From the IMG/VR virus record IMGVR_UViG_3300016263_001109, positions 1 through 27,410 of that record: a stretch of 27,410 nt of DNA; one strand, given 5' to 3'. The notes under the pieces were generated by a model, which had not been told where the DNA came from, made no database searches, and saw only the letters and a list, made by a program, of their open reading frames with translations. Origin of the DNA: a virus. Its lineage: Duplodnaviria; Caudoviricetes. The translations under genes were made by a program, and so were the position numbers. Positions 1 to 9,700 of the stretch are shown piece by piece. Every line of letters begins with the position of its first letter. Within the stretch, counting starts at the first letter, position 1.

Positions 1-1
1 C

Positions 2-76
2 TGGCTCCAGTCCTATCTCGGCCCCTACTGCATGGGCGGCGCTGGAAACCACGCAGTACGTCTATTCCGAGGTTGA
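2..76 (+). CDS. 3' end of an upstream virion gene, probably a head-tail adaptor (partial, ...WLQSYLGPYCMGGAGNHAVRLFRG*)
   Basis: Open frame from the window edge to TGA 74-76, 1 nt before the next ATG. Function inferred from its position before the head-closure gene. Confidence 0.6.
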   Translation, partial: WLQSYLGPYCMGGAGNHAVRLFRG

Positions 77-77
77 T

Positions 78-455
78 ATGAGCCTCATCGACGACACTTT
101 TGCCCCGATTCCGGCCACCATCCTCAACGACTGGGGCGAGACCATCACGTACATCAAAACAGCTACACCCCGCACCTACGACCCAACCACCGGCACAGTC
201 ACTGGCGCAGACACACCGATTTCCCTAAAAGCGGTGATTACCCGCGTAAATCCCCGCGAATCCGAGGGCCTGTACCAAACAACTGACCTAAAGGTCATCA
301 TCGGCACCGCCGAACTTGGCACCTACTTCCCAACAGAGGCCGACCGTATCCAATACACCCAAGCTGGCGTCACCCGCGAAGCCAAGATTGTCAACATCAC
401 CTCTTACAGAGGCACAAACCCCGTGTTTCATTCGCTAATTGCGAGGCCCCAGTAA
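78..455 (+). CDS. Putative head-closure / head-tail joining protein
   Basis: 125 aa, beta-rich, with 'YDPTTG' and 'ADRI' segments typical of head-closure proteins. Lies upstream of the neck and terminator genes. TAATG overlap with the next gene. Confidence 0.65.
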   Translation: MSLIDDTFAPIPATILNDWGETITYIKTATPRTYDPTTGTVTGADTPISLKAVITRVNPRESEGLYQTTDLKVIIGTAELGTYFPTEADRIQYTQAGVTREAKIVNITSYRGTNPVFHSLIARPQ

Positions 456-1003
456 TGGCGCGTAACAGGGGGTTTTTAAACGAGCTGGATCGTCTAGCCG
501 AAAATATTGACCGTATTGCTGTAGCAGCTTTTAGCCGGGGTCCAGCTCGCGCAGCGGAGGAGATTGTTATTGATTTACAAGAGGCTGGCCCTGTCTGGTC
601 CGGCCGCTTTGCCAATTCATGGCAAATTGAAACTACAGATGGCAGACGCACTGCCGGCAGCGGCTCTCCAGGACTTCCCCAACGTGTTCCAGCCCCTTTG
701 CTTAGCGGCCGAGGTTTTGCTTTTGACGACATCAAGTACACAATCTCTAATTTTGCTACTTACTCAGATCAGGCACGCGATCTTGCAGAAGGCCGCTACA
801 TAGACCCAGGTACTACTCCGCTGAAGGAATACACACGAGGAACCCGTGTAACCGGTATCCGAGGCGATTTGATCGGAGAAGACGAAGGTCCAAACCGCTC
901 AACAGCCCCCCTCGACTGGTACGCCACCTACTTACGCGGTGGTGCAATCGACAGACGGGTCAAAATTGAGCTTGATAACGAACTGGGCCGCATCCGACTA
1001 TGA
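455..1003 (+). CDS. Putative neck / tail-completion protein (HK97 gp10-like)
   Basis: 'GPVWSGRFANSWQI' matches the P-V-x-[TS]-G-x-[LF]-x-x-S-W pattern of this family. Synteny agrees. Confidence 0.65.
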   Translation: MARNRGFLNELDRLAENIDRIAVAAFSRGPARAAEEIVIDLQEAGPVWSGRFANSWQIETTDGRRTAGSGSPGLPQRVPAPLLSGRGFAFDDIKYTISNFATYSDQARDLAEGRYIDPGTTPLKEYTRGTRVTGIRGDLIGEDEGPNRSTAPLDWYATYLRGGAIDRRVKIELDNELGRIRL

Positions 1004-1431
1004 ACTATCAAGCAATCCGCGCTGCAGTTGAAAATCCCTTGCTGACGGCGTTTAGCTCGCTGGTGCCTGCTGTACCTGTCTATTTCGACAACATCACAGC
1101 TGTACCACCAAACACAACCACCGAATACGTCCGAGTCAATGTTACTTTCGGCATTACCAACGAACCCACGCTTACGTCTAGCGTTGATAATGCGCGGGGC
1201 GCAGTTGTTATCCGCGTATTTACAGAAAAAGGCAAAGGCCCAGCCCGCAACCAAACGCTTCTAACCACAGCTGTGAGCGTTTTAGAAACAATCAACAACA
1301 GCACAAAGGGCACAACGGGCGTTTACTTCAAAGTAGGTGACATCAACGGCCCTACATTTTCAGCAACAGAAGAGTCGCCTCATTTTGTAGGCCGGATTGA
1401 AACCTCGTACGTGGCAACTGTGTTGTCATAG
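1000..1431 (+). CDS. Putative tail terminator protein
   Basis: 143 aa, 'VPVYFDN...P...YVRV...G.V.IRVFTEKGKG' pattern, immediately upstream of the tail tube gene. ATGA overlap. Confidence 0.65.
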   Translation: MNYQAIRAAVENPLLTAFSSLVPAVPVYFDNITAVPPNTTTEYVRVNVTFGITNEPTLTSSVDNARGAVVIRVFTEKGKGPARNQTLLTTAVSVLETINNSTKGTTGVYFKVGDINGPTFSATEESPHFVGRIETSYVATVLS

Positions 1432-1451
1432 GAAATGTTTGGTGCGGGCGC

Positions 1452-1457
1452 TAACCT
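1452..1457 (+). promoter_or_regulatory. Putative -10 box (TAACCT) for the major tail tube gene
   Basis: TAnnnT hexamer in the 1432-1506 gap, similar to boxes ahead of other genes. Confidence 0.4.
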
Positions 1458-1506
1458 GTATTAAGCCGGGCAGTGCCCGCCCAGAAAACCACATTTGGTA
1501 CGCCCT

Positions 1507-2277
1507 ATGGCCACCACTGTCCTGTCCGGCACGTCCGGCGCTCTTTACTACAAACCCGCCGGCACCACCGGCAACTTCGGTGAGACTAACGTCAATACCG
1601 GAACTGACGTCATCACCGTTGCGCCTTACTTGAATTTCAAGGTGGGCGATCCGGTGAAATTCCGCGTGGTGAACAGCCAGACCGGCGGCTCTGGCACTGG
1701 CACTTTGCCTGCACCTATCTCCGACGCCACCACCTATTACGTGCTGAGCTACACCGCAGCCACTGGTGCGCTCACCGTATCCACCTCTGCTGGCGGCACC
1801 ATTCTGCCCATCACTGACGACGGCACCGCTGTCGCCCCTAACGAGTTCGAGGTGTACTACGCCGACTTCGCCGTAGTCGGCCAAGTCCGCGACTGGAGCT
1901 TTGAAATCAGCCGCGCTGAGATCGACGTCACCACCATCGGCCAAACCCCTGGTCAATACGTCCCCTTCCGCAGCTACATCTCTGGCTTCGGTGATGGCAC
2001 CGGCACCGCAACGGTCTACATGACCGACGAAGACGCCGCCCTGTCCAACCGCATGATTGAGGACGTGCTGCAGCGCCAGCAAAACGGCGCCGCCTTCAAG
2101 CTCTACACCGACCGCGTTTTCAGCGGCGGCACCCTGAGCGAAACCCTCAGCCGCTCGATCAGCTTCGACGCCGTGCTGACCTCAGCCAGCCTCAACATCA
2201 ACCCTGACGACGCCCAATCGGTGACCGTCAACTTCCGCCCCGCCGGCACCCCAACCTTCGACTTCTCCAAGTCCTGA
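1507..2277 (+). CDS. Major tail tube protein
   Basis: ATG 1507 (MATTVLSGTSGALYYKP) preferred over the start at 1495. Tube motif 'GQVRDWSFEISRAEIDVTTIG...SGFGDGTGTA'. Strong C-ending codon bias, followed by a terminator. Confidence 0.85.
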   Translation: MATTVLSGTSGALYYKPAGTTGNFGETNVNTGTDVITVAPYLNFKVGDPVKFRVVNSQTGGSGTGTLPAPISDATTYYVLSYTAATGALTVSTSAGGTILPITDDGTAVAPNEFEVYYADFAVVGQVRDWSFEISRAEIDVTTIGQTPGQYVPFRSYISGFGDGTGTATVYMTDEDAALSNRMIEDVLQRQQNGAAFKLYTDRVFSGGTLSETLSRSISFDAVLTSASLNINPDDAQSVTVNFRPAGTPTFDFSKS

Positions 2278-2304
2278 TAGGCTGCTGGAGCAGTTGGTTT
2301 CAGC

Positions 2305-2331
2305 ACCCCGGCCTAACCGCCGGGGTTTTTT
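2305..2331 (+). terminator. Rho-independent terminator
   Basis: ACCCCGGC-ctaacc-GCCGGGGT stem-loop followed by a T run. Confidence 0.85.
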
Positions 2332-2345
2332 AATGTCTAGTCCGC

Positions 2346-2351
2346 TACAGT
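2346..2351 (+). promoter_or_regulatory. Putative -10 box (TACAGT)
   Basis: Directly after the terminator, 29 nt before ATG 2375. Confidence 0.4.
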
Positions 2352-2374
2352 AGTGCGATAAAGCACAGGATTAA

Positions 2375-2722
2375 ATGCCTGCCTCGATTCCAGTCCGCGC
2401 CATTGATCGTTTGCGCAAAGCAGCGAACTTGGAGCCGGTCAAAAAAGAAGTCGAACTGTCTGATGGCAGCGTATTTGAAATGTGGGTGGCCCCGCTGACC
2501 ATGGCTGAGCGCGAACGCGCTCAAAAACAAGCCAAGTCCGACGACGCCAATGCTTTCGCACTCCAGCTGCTGATCGCCAAAGCTCTCGACGAAAACGGCA
2601 GCAAGCTGTTTAGCGCAGGCGAACTGGACGTTCTAAAAAACGAAGTCAAAGACAAGGATCTCCAAGCTTTGATGCTGGCGATCCTGACTGACGACGCCGA
2701 GCCTATCGACCCCAAGAACTAG
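2375..2722 (+). CDS. Tail assembly chaperone (lambda gpG-like)
   Basis: 115 aa, between the tail tube and tape measure genes. Acidic C-terminus ending DPKN*. Confidence 0.8.
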   Translation: MPASIPVRAIDRLRKAANLEPVKKEVELSDGSVFEMWVAPLTMAERERAQKQAKSDDANAFALQLLIAKALDENGSKLFSAGELDVLKNEVKDKDLQALMLAILTDDAEPIDPKN

Positions 2723-2907
2723 CCAAGGAGCTTCGCCAGGACAACTGGCTCATGCTCCAGTTCGGCGTCGCAAAAGAGCTGGGACTAAGCCTCGGCCAAG
2801 TCCGCAGCATGATGACCGCCGAAGAACTCCTTGGCTGGAGCGCATACTTCCAAATCCTGAACGAGGACCAGCAAAAGGAAATCGAGAAGGCCAAACGCCG
2901 CCGCTAA
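2716..2907 (+). CDS. Tail assembly chaperone extension (gpT-like), in the -1 frame relative to 2375..2722; alternative own ATG at 2752
   Basis: Not in the ORF track. Reads ELAKELRQDNWLMLQFGVAKELGLSLGQVRSMMTAEELLGWSAYFQILNEDQQKEIEKAKRRR*. The 'A..LG.S..Q....MT..E...W..YF' pattern is typical of gpT-like segments. Confidence 0.75.
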   Translation, partial: ELAKELRQDNWLMLQFGVAKELGLSLGQVRSMMTAEELLGWSAYFQILNEDQQKEIEKAKRRR

Positions 2908-2922
2908 CCCGGCGGCTTTTTT
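2897..2922 (+). terminator. Rho-independent terminator overlapping the gpT-like stop codon
   Basis: GCCGCCG-ctaacc-CGGCGGC followed by TTTTTT. Confidence 0.8.
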
Positions 2923-2928
2923 GTCACG

Positions 2929-2934
2929 TAAACT
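2929..2934 (+). promoter_or_regulatory. Putative -10 box (TAAACT) for the tape measure gene
   Basis: Just after the terminator, 33 nt before GTG 2962. Confidence 0.5.
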
Positions 2935-2961
2935 GAAGTACCAGAGTATGCGTGGAACGCC

Positions 2962-5934
2962 GTGGCTGCCTACAGAGCCGACATCGAAATTGGCGTAAGA
3001 GGTGCCCGTAGTCTCGAACAACTCCGCAGCAGTATTAATCAAACAGCGCGCGCTGTTGACAGTCTTAACGATGTAGTTAGTGCACGCGGAAGTTTAGTTC
3101 AAAACATACAAAATTACACAAACAACTTAAATAGAGCAGCGCAGTCTTTACGTCTTGTAGGCGCTGGCACTGAAGCAGAAACGAAGGCAGTGCGCGAATA
3201 CGTACGTGCTTTAGGTGAAGCTAATGCAGCACGGGCGCGACAAAACTCTTTAGTAGCTCAAGAACTTGCTAATCAGCGTCGCGTAACTCCGGGTAATGCT
3301 GGTTACGGGCAACAAGGACCAGCACTTCCTCCTGCTGTGATTAGAGGCCAGCAAATTCAACAAAATTGGAGTCGTTTTTTCGCAGAAGCTTCTCAAATAG
3401 CTCAAGAACTACAAGGCACTTCAGCGGCTAAAGGTGCAAACATTAAAAGCAGCTGGAATCGCTTTTTTACAGAAGCCGCTCAAGTAGCTCAGGAAATACA
3501 AAGTGTTTCGACAGCAAAACAAATAAACGTTAAAACTAGTTGGCAACGATTTTTTGCGCAGGCACAAGAGGTTGCGGTTGAACTTACTATTCAGGCACAA
3601 AAAACAGCTGCAGCAATACGTAGCAGTGAAGGTTTGGCCAGCGCTGGTGCGCGTCAACGTTTAGCCAACGAAGCTGCGAGAAGGCAGCTAATACAGAATG
3701 CAGGTTTTGGAATACAAGGTCCTGCTTTACCCCCGACTGCCGCAGGTGGTACACGTGCAGCAGGACGTGGAATCGGCGGAAGACTGGGAGGAGCCATTAG
3801 TGGTTCCATCATCGGCGGCGCTTTTCCGCTGCTATTCGGCCAAGGTGGAGGTGCCGCAGCCGGTGGTGCTATCGGTGGCTTAGTAGGAGGTCTTGCTGGT
3901 CCAGGCGGCAGTTTCGCTGGATCACTGCTTGGCACACTGCTAGGAGACATTGCCAGCCGAGGTCAAGCTGTAAAACAACTCGCCGACGATATTGGTTTTT
4001 CTGCTCAACAGACAAAGCAACTTTCTGACGCTTTCAAGGTTGCTAATACTGATGTAGAAAAGTTCACTGCAGTAATTCAAAATATCCGTGGTGTAGGCCT
4101 AGAAATAGAGGATCAAGCCAAAGCGATCCAGCTTGTAACTCGCTTGACTGAACTATACGGTGGTTCTTTCGAAAAAACAGGCAATGCCATTACATCTGCT
4201 CTAGAGGCAGGAAAAGTAACACAAGCAACTCTTAATCAACTAACAAGCCAAGGCATAAATATCCAGCAAGCACTTGCCGATAAATATGGCGTAAGTAGAA
4301 GCGAAATACTAAAAATGGCAAAAGATGGTGATGTATCTGTTCAAGCACTGATTGATACACTAGTAAAAATGGGTAACGAGGGCGTAATTGCTGTAGATAA
4401 ACCTAGAACTGCTATGGATAGATTAAAGGCAAGTGTAAATGATTTGGGTAAAAATTTAGCCGGTTTAGCTAATGCGCTAGCTAAATCATTTGGTCCTGTA
4501 TTGCAATGGCTTACCGATAGGGTAACTGACTTTGTAAGCGCAGTTTCGCGTGCCATTGCACGTATGGCTGACTTGATAAATGGTGGCCGCATGGCCCAAG
4601 CAGAAATACAAGCATCTGCTGCAGCACAAACAGCTACACGTAACAAATTTGGTCCACTTGGAAGCATTAGAGCCATAAATCCTGCTGCAGAAAAGTTTTA
4701 CCAACAGCAGCGTCAAGTACAACTACGCAGACTTACACCAGGTGCATTTGCTCAGCTAGGTCCGCGTACACCTTTACAAACTTTTGCTGTTCCAAGTCAA
4801 GCTGCCGACACAGCAGCTGGTGCTAAAGGGCCTAAGCCTCCTGCAGATAGAACAGCTCAGTTAATGGAAGACTTAGATGCAATGAAACTCATATCTGTAA
4901 CGCAAGATGGCATTAGAGACGCACTCTTTGAAGGTAATAAAGAGCTAGCTATTCGCTTGGAATACGATCAAAAAGTTGCTGATATAAACCGCGACACAGC
5001 AAAAGCCATCCTAAACGCAAACTACGAATCCGAAAAAGCGGTACTTCGCGCACAAGAAATTGTCCGCCTAAAAGATGCGCAGTTAGAGCGCGACGATCAG
5101 CTTCGAGATCTGGCTCGCGAAATTAGCGAAATTATCACCAACACACTGGACGACTTACGCGGAGGCATCTCTTGGGATGATACCGGCCTGCGAGACATTT
5201 TTGACATGCGCCTGCCAGATGCAGTAAACGAAATCAACGAAAATATCAACCAACTAATTGATCCCGCAAACAGAATTATTGGAGCCGCCACTGCGATTGG
5301 CGATGCTTTTGCCGCGTCGTTCAGCGGTATTGCATCCGGCGCAATGACAGCCCGCGAAGGATTAAGCAACTTCTTCCGCAGCGTCGGTCAGTATTTCATC
5401 GACATGGCTGCAACTATCGCAGCCGAAGCATTAAAACTCCAGGCTATTTCTTTGTTGCAAGGAATTTTTAGCAAGTTTCTAAATCCTTTTGGTGTTGGCT
5501 CAATGAGCCTTCCTGGTTTACAGGGCACCGGAGCGTTATCTACAGGTCCGCTATTTCCAGGCGGCGCCTTTGCCGAAGGTGGTTTTGTTACCGGTCCCAC
5601 CCGCGCCTTGATCGGAGAAGGCGGCCAATCCGAATATGTCATCCCAGCCAGCAAAATGCGTGGGGCAATGTCCCGGTACTCCGCCGGCGCCCGTGGCTCT
5701 GCTGTTATCCCTTCCGGCAGCGATACCGAAGGCAATGGCACAGCCACAATGGCTCCAGCCAGCATCGACGTCCGCTACACCGTGGAGCGCATCAACAGCG
5801 TCGACTACGTGACCGCCGATCAGTTCCAATCTGGCTTACAACAAGCCGCTGCACAGGGTGCCGAACGCGGTCAACAACTGGCGCTGCGTCGCCTGCAGCA
5901 ATCACCTAGCACTCGTCGCCGCGTCGGAATCTGA
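2962..5934 (+). CDS. Tail tape measure protein
   Basis: 990 aa, Ala/Gln-rich and helical, with a Gly-rich hydrophobic stretch (GGAFPLLFGQGGGAAAGG). C-terminal 'FAEGGFVTGPTRALIGEGGQSEYVIP' motif. Follows the chaperone pair. Confidence 0.92.
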   Translation: MAAYRADIEIGVRGARSLEQLRSSINQTARAVDSLNDVVSARGSLVQNIQNYTNNLNRAAQSLRLVGAGTEAETKAVREYVRALGEANAARARQNSLVAQELANQRRVTPGNAGYGQQGPALPPAVIRGQQIQQNWSRFFAEASQIAQELQGTSAAKGANIKSSWNRFFTEAAQVAQEIQSVSTAKQINVKTSWQRFFAQAQEVAVELTIQAQKTAAAIRSSEGLASAGARQRLANEAARRQLIQNAGFGIQGPALPPTAAGGTRAAGRGIGGRLGGAISGSIIGGAFPLLFGQGGGAAAGGAIGGLVGGLAGPGGSFAGSLLGTLLGDIASRGQAVKQLADDIGFSAQQTKQLSDAFKVANTDVEKFTAVIQNIRGVGLEIEDQAKAIQLVTRLTELYGGSFEKTGNAITSALEAGKVTQATLNQLTSQGINIQQALADKYGVSRSEILKMAKDGDVSVQALIDTLVKMGNEGVIAVDKPRTAMDRLKASVNDLGKNLAGLANALAKSFGPVLQWLTDRVTDFVSAVSRAIARMADLINGGRMAQAEIQASAAAQTATRNKFGPLGSIRAINPAAEKFYQQQRQVQLRRLTPGAFAQLGPRTPLQTFAVPSQAADTAAGAKGPKPPADRTAQLMEDLDAMKLISVTQDGIRDALFEGNKELAIRLEYDQKVADINRDTAKAILNANYESEKAVLRAQEIVRLKDAQLERDDQLRDLAREISEIITNTLDDLRGGISWDDTGLRDIFDMRLPDAVNEINENINQLIDPANRIIGAATAIGDAFAASFSGIASGAMTAREGLSNFFRSVGQYFIDMAATIAAEALKLQAISLLQGIFSKFLNPFGVGSMSLPGLQGTGALSTGPLFPGGAFAEGGFVTGPTRALIGEGGQSEYVIPASKMRGAMSRYSAGARGSAVIPSGSDTEGNGTATMAPASIDVRYTVERINSVDYVTADQFQSGLQQAAAQGAERGQQLALRRLQQSPSTRRRVGI
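3355..3600 (+). repeat. Three 29-aa (87-nt) WxRFF repeats in the tape measure protein
   Basis: WSRFFAEA / WNRFFTEA / WQRFFAQA, with Trp codons at 3367, 3454 and 3541. Confidence 0.85.
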
Positions 5935-6401
5935 TGGACATTGCACTCGGCAACTACCTCCGCCTGCGAAAGCCAGACGGCACCTCGACGTTCTACTTCC
6001 AGAACTTCCACATCAAGGCCGACGCTGTTTACCAGTCCAACCGGTACAGCTTCCTGCCCTTTGGCTTTAGCGGTGTCAGCGTCAACCGCAACGGCGACAA
6101 CACCGAAGCCAGCCTTGTCTTCCCCAACAACGAGCTAAGCCGCGCCTGGGCATTGAACGCCGTGAACGAACGTTGGCTGGCACGTGTCTACGTCATGGCA
6201 CTCGACCCGAACGACACCACCGCTGGCGTGCTGATGCACCAGTACAACGGGCAGGTTTCCGCCGGGCAGTGGGATGAAACGAGCCTGACGTTAAACATGA
6301 ACACGATCCTCGATGCTGTTGGCGCTGACGTACCGCTACGCCGGTTGACGCAGGCACTGATCGGCAACATCCCCACCAGCGCCAATGTCCGACTGCGCTG
6401 A
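5934..6401 (+). CDS. Minor tail / hub protein (resembles the N-terminal part of lambda gpL-type proteins)
   Basis: 'YSFLPFGFSG' motif, position between tape measure and NlpC/P60 genes, TGATG overlap. Confidence 0.6.
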   Translation: MDIALGNYLRLRKPDGTSTFYFQNFHIKADAVYQSNRYSFLPFGFSGVSVNRNGDNTEASLVFPNNELSRAWALNAVNERWLARVYVMALDPNDTTAGVLMHQYNGQVSAGQWDETSLTLNMNTILDAVGADVPLRRLTQALIGNIPTSANVRLR

Positions 6402-6753
6402 TCTCGTTGGGATGCGCTACAGGCTTGGCGCAGACGGCAGCAACGGCGAGATCGACTGCATCCACCTTGTTTACACAGTGCTGGGCAGGCTCGGCATCAC
6501 CACACCAGCGTTTAAGCCAGGCTGGTACAACGCCAGCAAAGTATCCATTGCCCGAGATCTACTGCGCTGGGGCAATCGTGTTGACCGTCCTGAGTACGAT
6601 GGTGACGTGCTTCTGTTGCTGGAGCGCACTACAGCATTTGCAGTCACATGGCAGAACGGGATTTTGTACATCTGCCCTCACCTGTTAAAGGTGAACTGGT
6701 TCCCGCTGCCAAACAAACTACCCTGCCACTGCTTCCGTTCGAGCGTGATCTAA
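6385..6753 (+). CDS. NlpC/P60-like tail assembly protein
   Basis: 'LVGMRYRLGADG...IDCIHLVYTVL...GI' and 'GDVLLL' match the NlpC/P60 N-terminal motifs. Synteny agrees. Confidence 0.75.
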   Translation: MSDCADLVGMRYRLGADGSNGEIDCIHLVYTVLGRLGITTPAFKPGWYNASKVSIARDLLRWGNRVDRPEYDGDVLLLLERTTAFAVTWQNGILYICPHLLKVNWFPLPNKLPCHCFRSSVI

Positions 6754-9700
6754 TTGCGGCGCTTGGTTGTAGCGAAGAAGAGTACAAAAAATTCCAACAA
6801 GAAATGCTTTGGCGCAGCCGTGTGCGCCCTGCTCAATACAATCATGTTCCTGATATTCAAAACGGCCCTGCTTTAGTTCCAATTCTTGTAAATCTGGCTG
6901 TCGGTCTTGCGCTAACAGGTATTAGTTATCTTTTAACGCCAAAACCAAAAGCACCCGGCGAGACACGCGAAATCCGCCAGCGCCAGCTTCGCAGTCGTCG
7001 TGGTGGTGATCGCTTCTCTGCCACCAGCGGTTTCGACTCCATCGCTGACCTCGCCAACTACGGCGACCCAATCCCCGTCATCTTTGGCAAGTACACCGGC
7101 ACCACCGGCGGCATCCTCGCTGCACCTCGCCTTGTCTGGTCCCGCGCCTTCAGCCTTGGTTCACAACAAGCCATCAAGTTGCTGATGGTGGTGGGCGAGC
7201 AGGGTCTCGGCAACGGTCTGCCCGTGCCAGATCTCAACGGCATCTTCCTTGGCACCACGCCACTCGACAGCGTTTACGCCCACACGTTCGCCTTCTACTG
7301 GAAACGCAATAGCAATCAGGTTTACCGGATGGTGGCCGGCAACGGTCGCTATGGAACTAGGGGAGGCTTGGCGGCAGGCGACATCGAAAACAACGACGAC
7401 ATTTACCTCTGCCCTACGCGCAACGCTGCAGCCGACACCGGTTTCTGCCAGGCGTACACCCCAAGCAGCAGCACCCAGTTCGGTGTTTACTCGGCGATCC
7501 CCAACGCCACCAACTACCGGGTCAACTGGAAAGTCGTTGCCATCCCCCGCCTAGAGGGCAAAAACACTGACGACGCCGACAACGATCCAGGGCGTGCGCT
7601 GCTCATGGAGCGCATCAAGATTGCTGGTGACTACGGCTATCGCGGTGATAACGACGCAACCACCAACTGGGTCGACATCATCAAAGAGGGGCAAAAAGGC
7701 GTCGGGCGAAACTACAGCCGCCGCATGGGAATCACGCTGGTCAATAACACCCCCGCCAACGGCGAAACAGAAGTCAGGCAGGTAAGCGTCGGCAGCACTG
7801 CGCGATTCAGCATCGTGCCCGGCAAAATTGCCAAAAACATTTATTACTTCCAGCAAACAAAAAGCACGCAGGTCGACGACATCAACTCCGAGGTGCTTGA
7901 CGGTCAGGAAGCAGCAGACGACATGCTGCAGATTGGCGAAACAGTAATGATCGGTCGCACAGTTTGGGTCGTAACCAATCGCCTTCTGCCCATTTATGAC
8001 GGCAGCGCAAGACAAGAAATCGACCTGCGTTGCGTAGAGATTTTCGGCAAAGGACCCGAAAGCGCATCTATCGGTCTGGTCAGCGAGCGGATGGTCACTC
8101 GTGGCATCTACAACGATGACAACGGCACCACAAATGCACGCAACGCACTTGGCTTAAACGCTGGCACTAACTTCTACCCGCTGCTGCGTGTTGCTATTGG
8201 CGTGGTGCGTAATACCCGCGCCTGCGATGTAACCGAGATTGGCATCCGTAGTCAGGTATGGCAAAAGGCAAACGGTCTGTGCAATTTCGCCAGCCTTCCC
8301 AACCCCGAAGAATTACGCCGCGCTGAGAACAATCAGGTGTCGCTTCAAAGCGGCACGATGAACATCTACATGCGCCGCACCTCGGCGTTTGCTGTATTCC
8401 TTCGTCCTGCTGGCACTGATGAGCAGGGCAGCGAATACCGCTGGGAGCCACTCGGTCAAACCTTCTGCATCAGCGGCCAAACACCACAGGATCAGTTCAA
8501 CTACCTGCGCCTGACTCACCCTCAACAACGGCAGTTTGAGTACAAGTTGGTGCCCAACAGCGGCGCAGATATTGCCCGTCGATTCCCAGACGACACCCGA
8601 CTGCTGGTACTCGATGCCAAAAATGGTGGTCCTATTGGCGCAACTTATTCAACCCCATACGGCACCTTCACTGTTAATACCACCGGCAACTACACGCTTG
8701 CCAAGACGATCAAATTCAACAGGCAGATGGCAACCGCTGCCCAAACCACAGAGGAGCGCCTAAACGCCACAATCCCTAGCGCAGTTGAGATTGATTCTTA
8801 TCTGCCAGATATTGAAGATCCAACCGTTCAAGCAACAAGAGTCAGCTTCTTTGACTGGCTGCCTGACTCCGCATCTGTTGGCCGAGCTGGCGCGACGTTC
8901 TACGAAATGTTTGGGCAAGCCTCGCAGTACGGCTTGGTGCGTACTTATGAGCGCAACATCAACCTTGGCGACGGGCGAACAATCACCGTCAGATTTACTG
9001 GCATCGTCAACCAAACCTACCCAGCAGATCACCCGTACTTCCCGGGCTTCCGCGCTTGGAGCTTCCAGAACATCGAGGTGCTCGCCAGCTCCGGCGGCTT
9101 CAATACCTCGCAGGTGTTCAACGCCCAGATTCCTGTAACACCGGGCAATCCTCGTGCGCAGCCCTACGGCCTGACGGTATGTGGCGTGCGACTCGTTGTA
9201 GATGCAACTAGCGCCAATCTCACTCCACAAGGACGCCAGTCGGGTTGGGAATATGAGACCCTCGGCAATCAGCAAAGTTACCCACTCGGCACCACACGAT
9301 CTGCCACGATCACCGGCACATCAACTGCCGGGAACACGATCACAGTGACCGTGACTGGAACTGTTGTCACTCGGCCCGCAACCAACCAAGACGTATTTCC
9401 TGGTCAAACACAAGCCTGGGAAAATGTCACCTACACCGTTGTTCCATCTGGCACCAGTGGCACTTGGTCCAAAGGTGAACTGGTAGACATCACCTACGCC
9501 GTAAGCGGCAGCAATCCTTTCCGCAAACCCGGCACCCGTGTTGGCATCAGGCTGCGCACCCTTGGGATCCAAACGCTCAACATCCTGCCTACGGTTACCG
9601 CCGAGCGCATCTTCGAGGAAAACAGCGGCGTTGCCGATCTCAGTTTCTATAACTCACTGCTGACCAAAAGCAACGAAAGCGCCCCTGAACACGAGGTGGT

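Noticed and set aside
1426-2082. 218-aa antisense ORF over the tail tube gene, and similar shadows at 11611..12279, 12652..13533 and 24548..25237
   Set aside because: They lie opposite well-supported genes with strong codon bias, which suppresses antisense stops, and they show no recognisable motifs.
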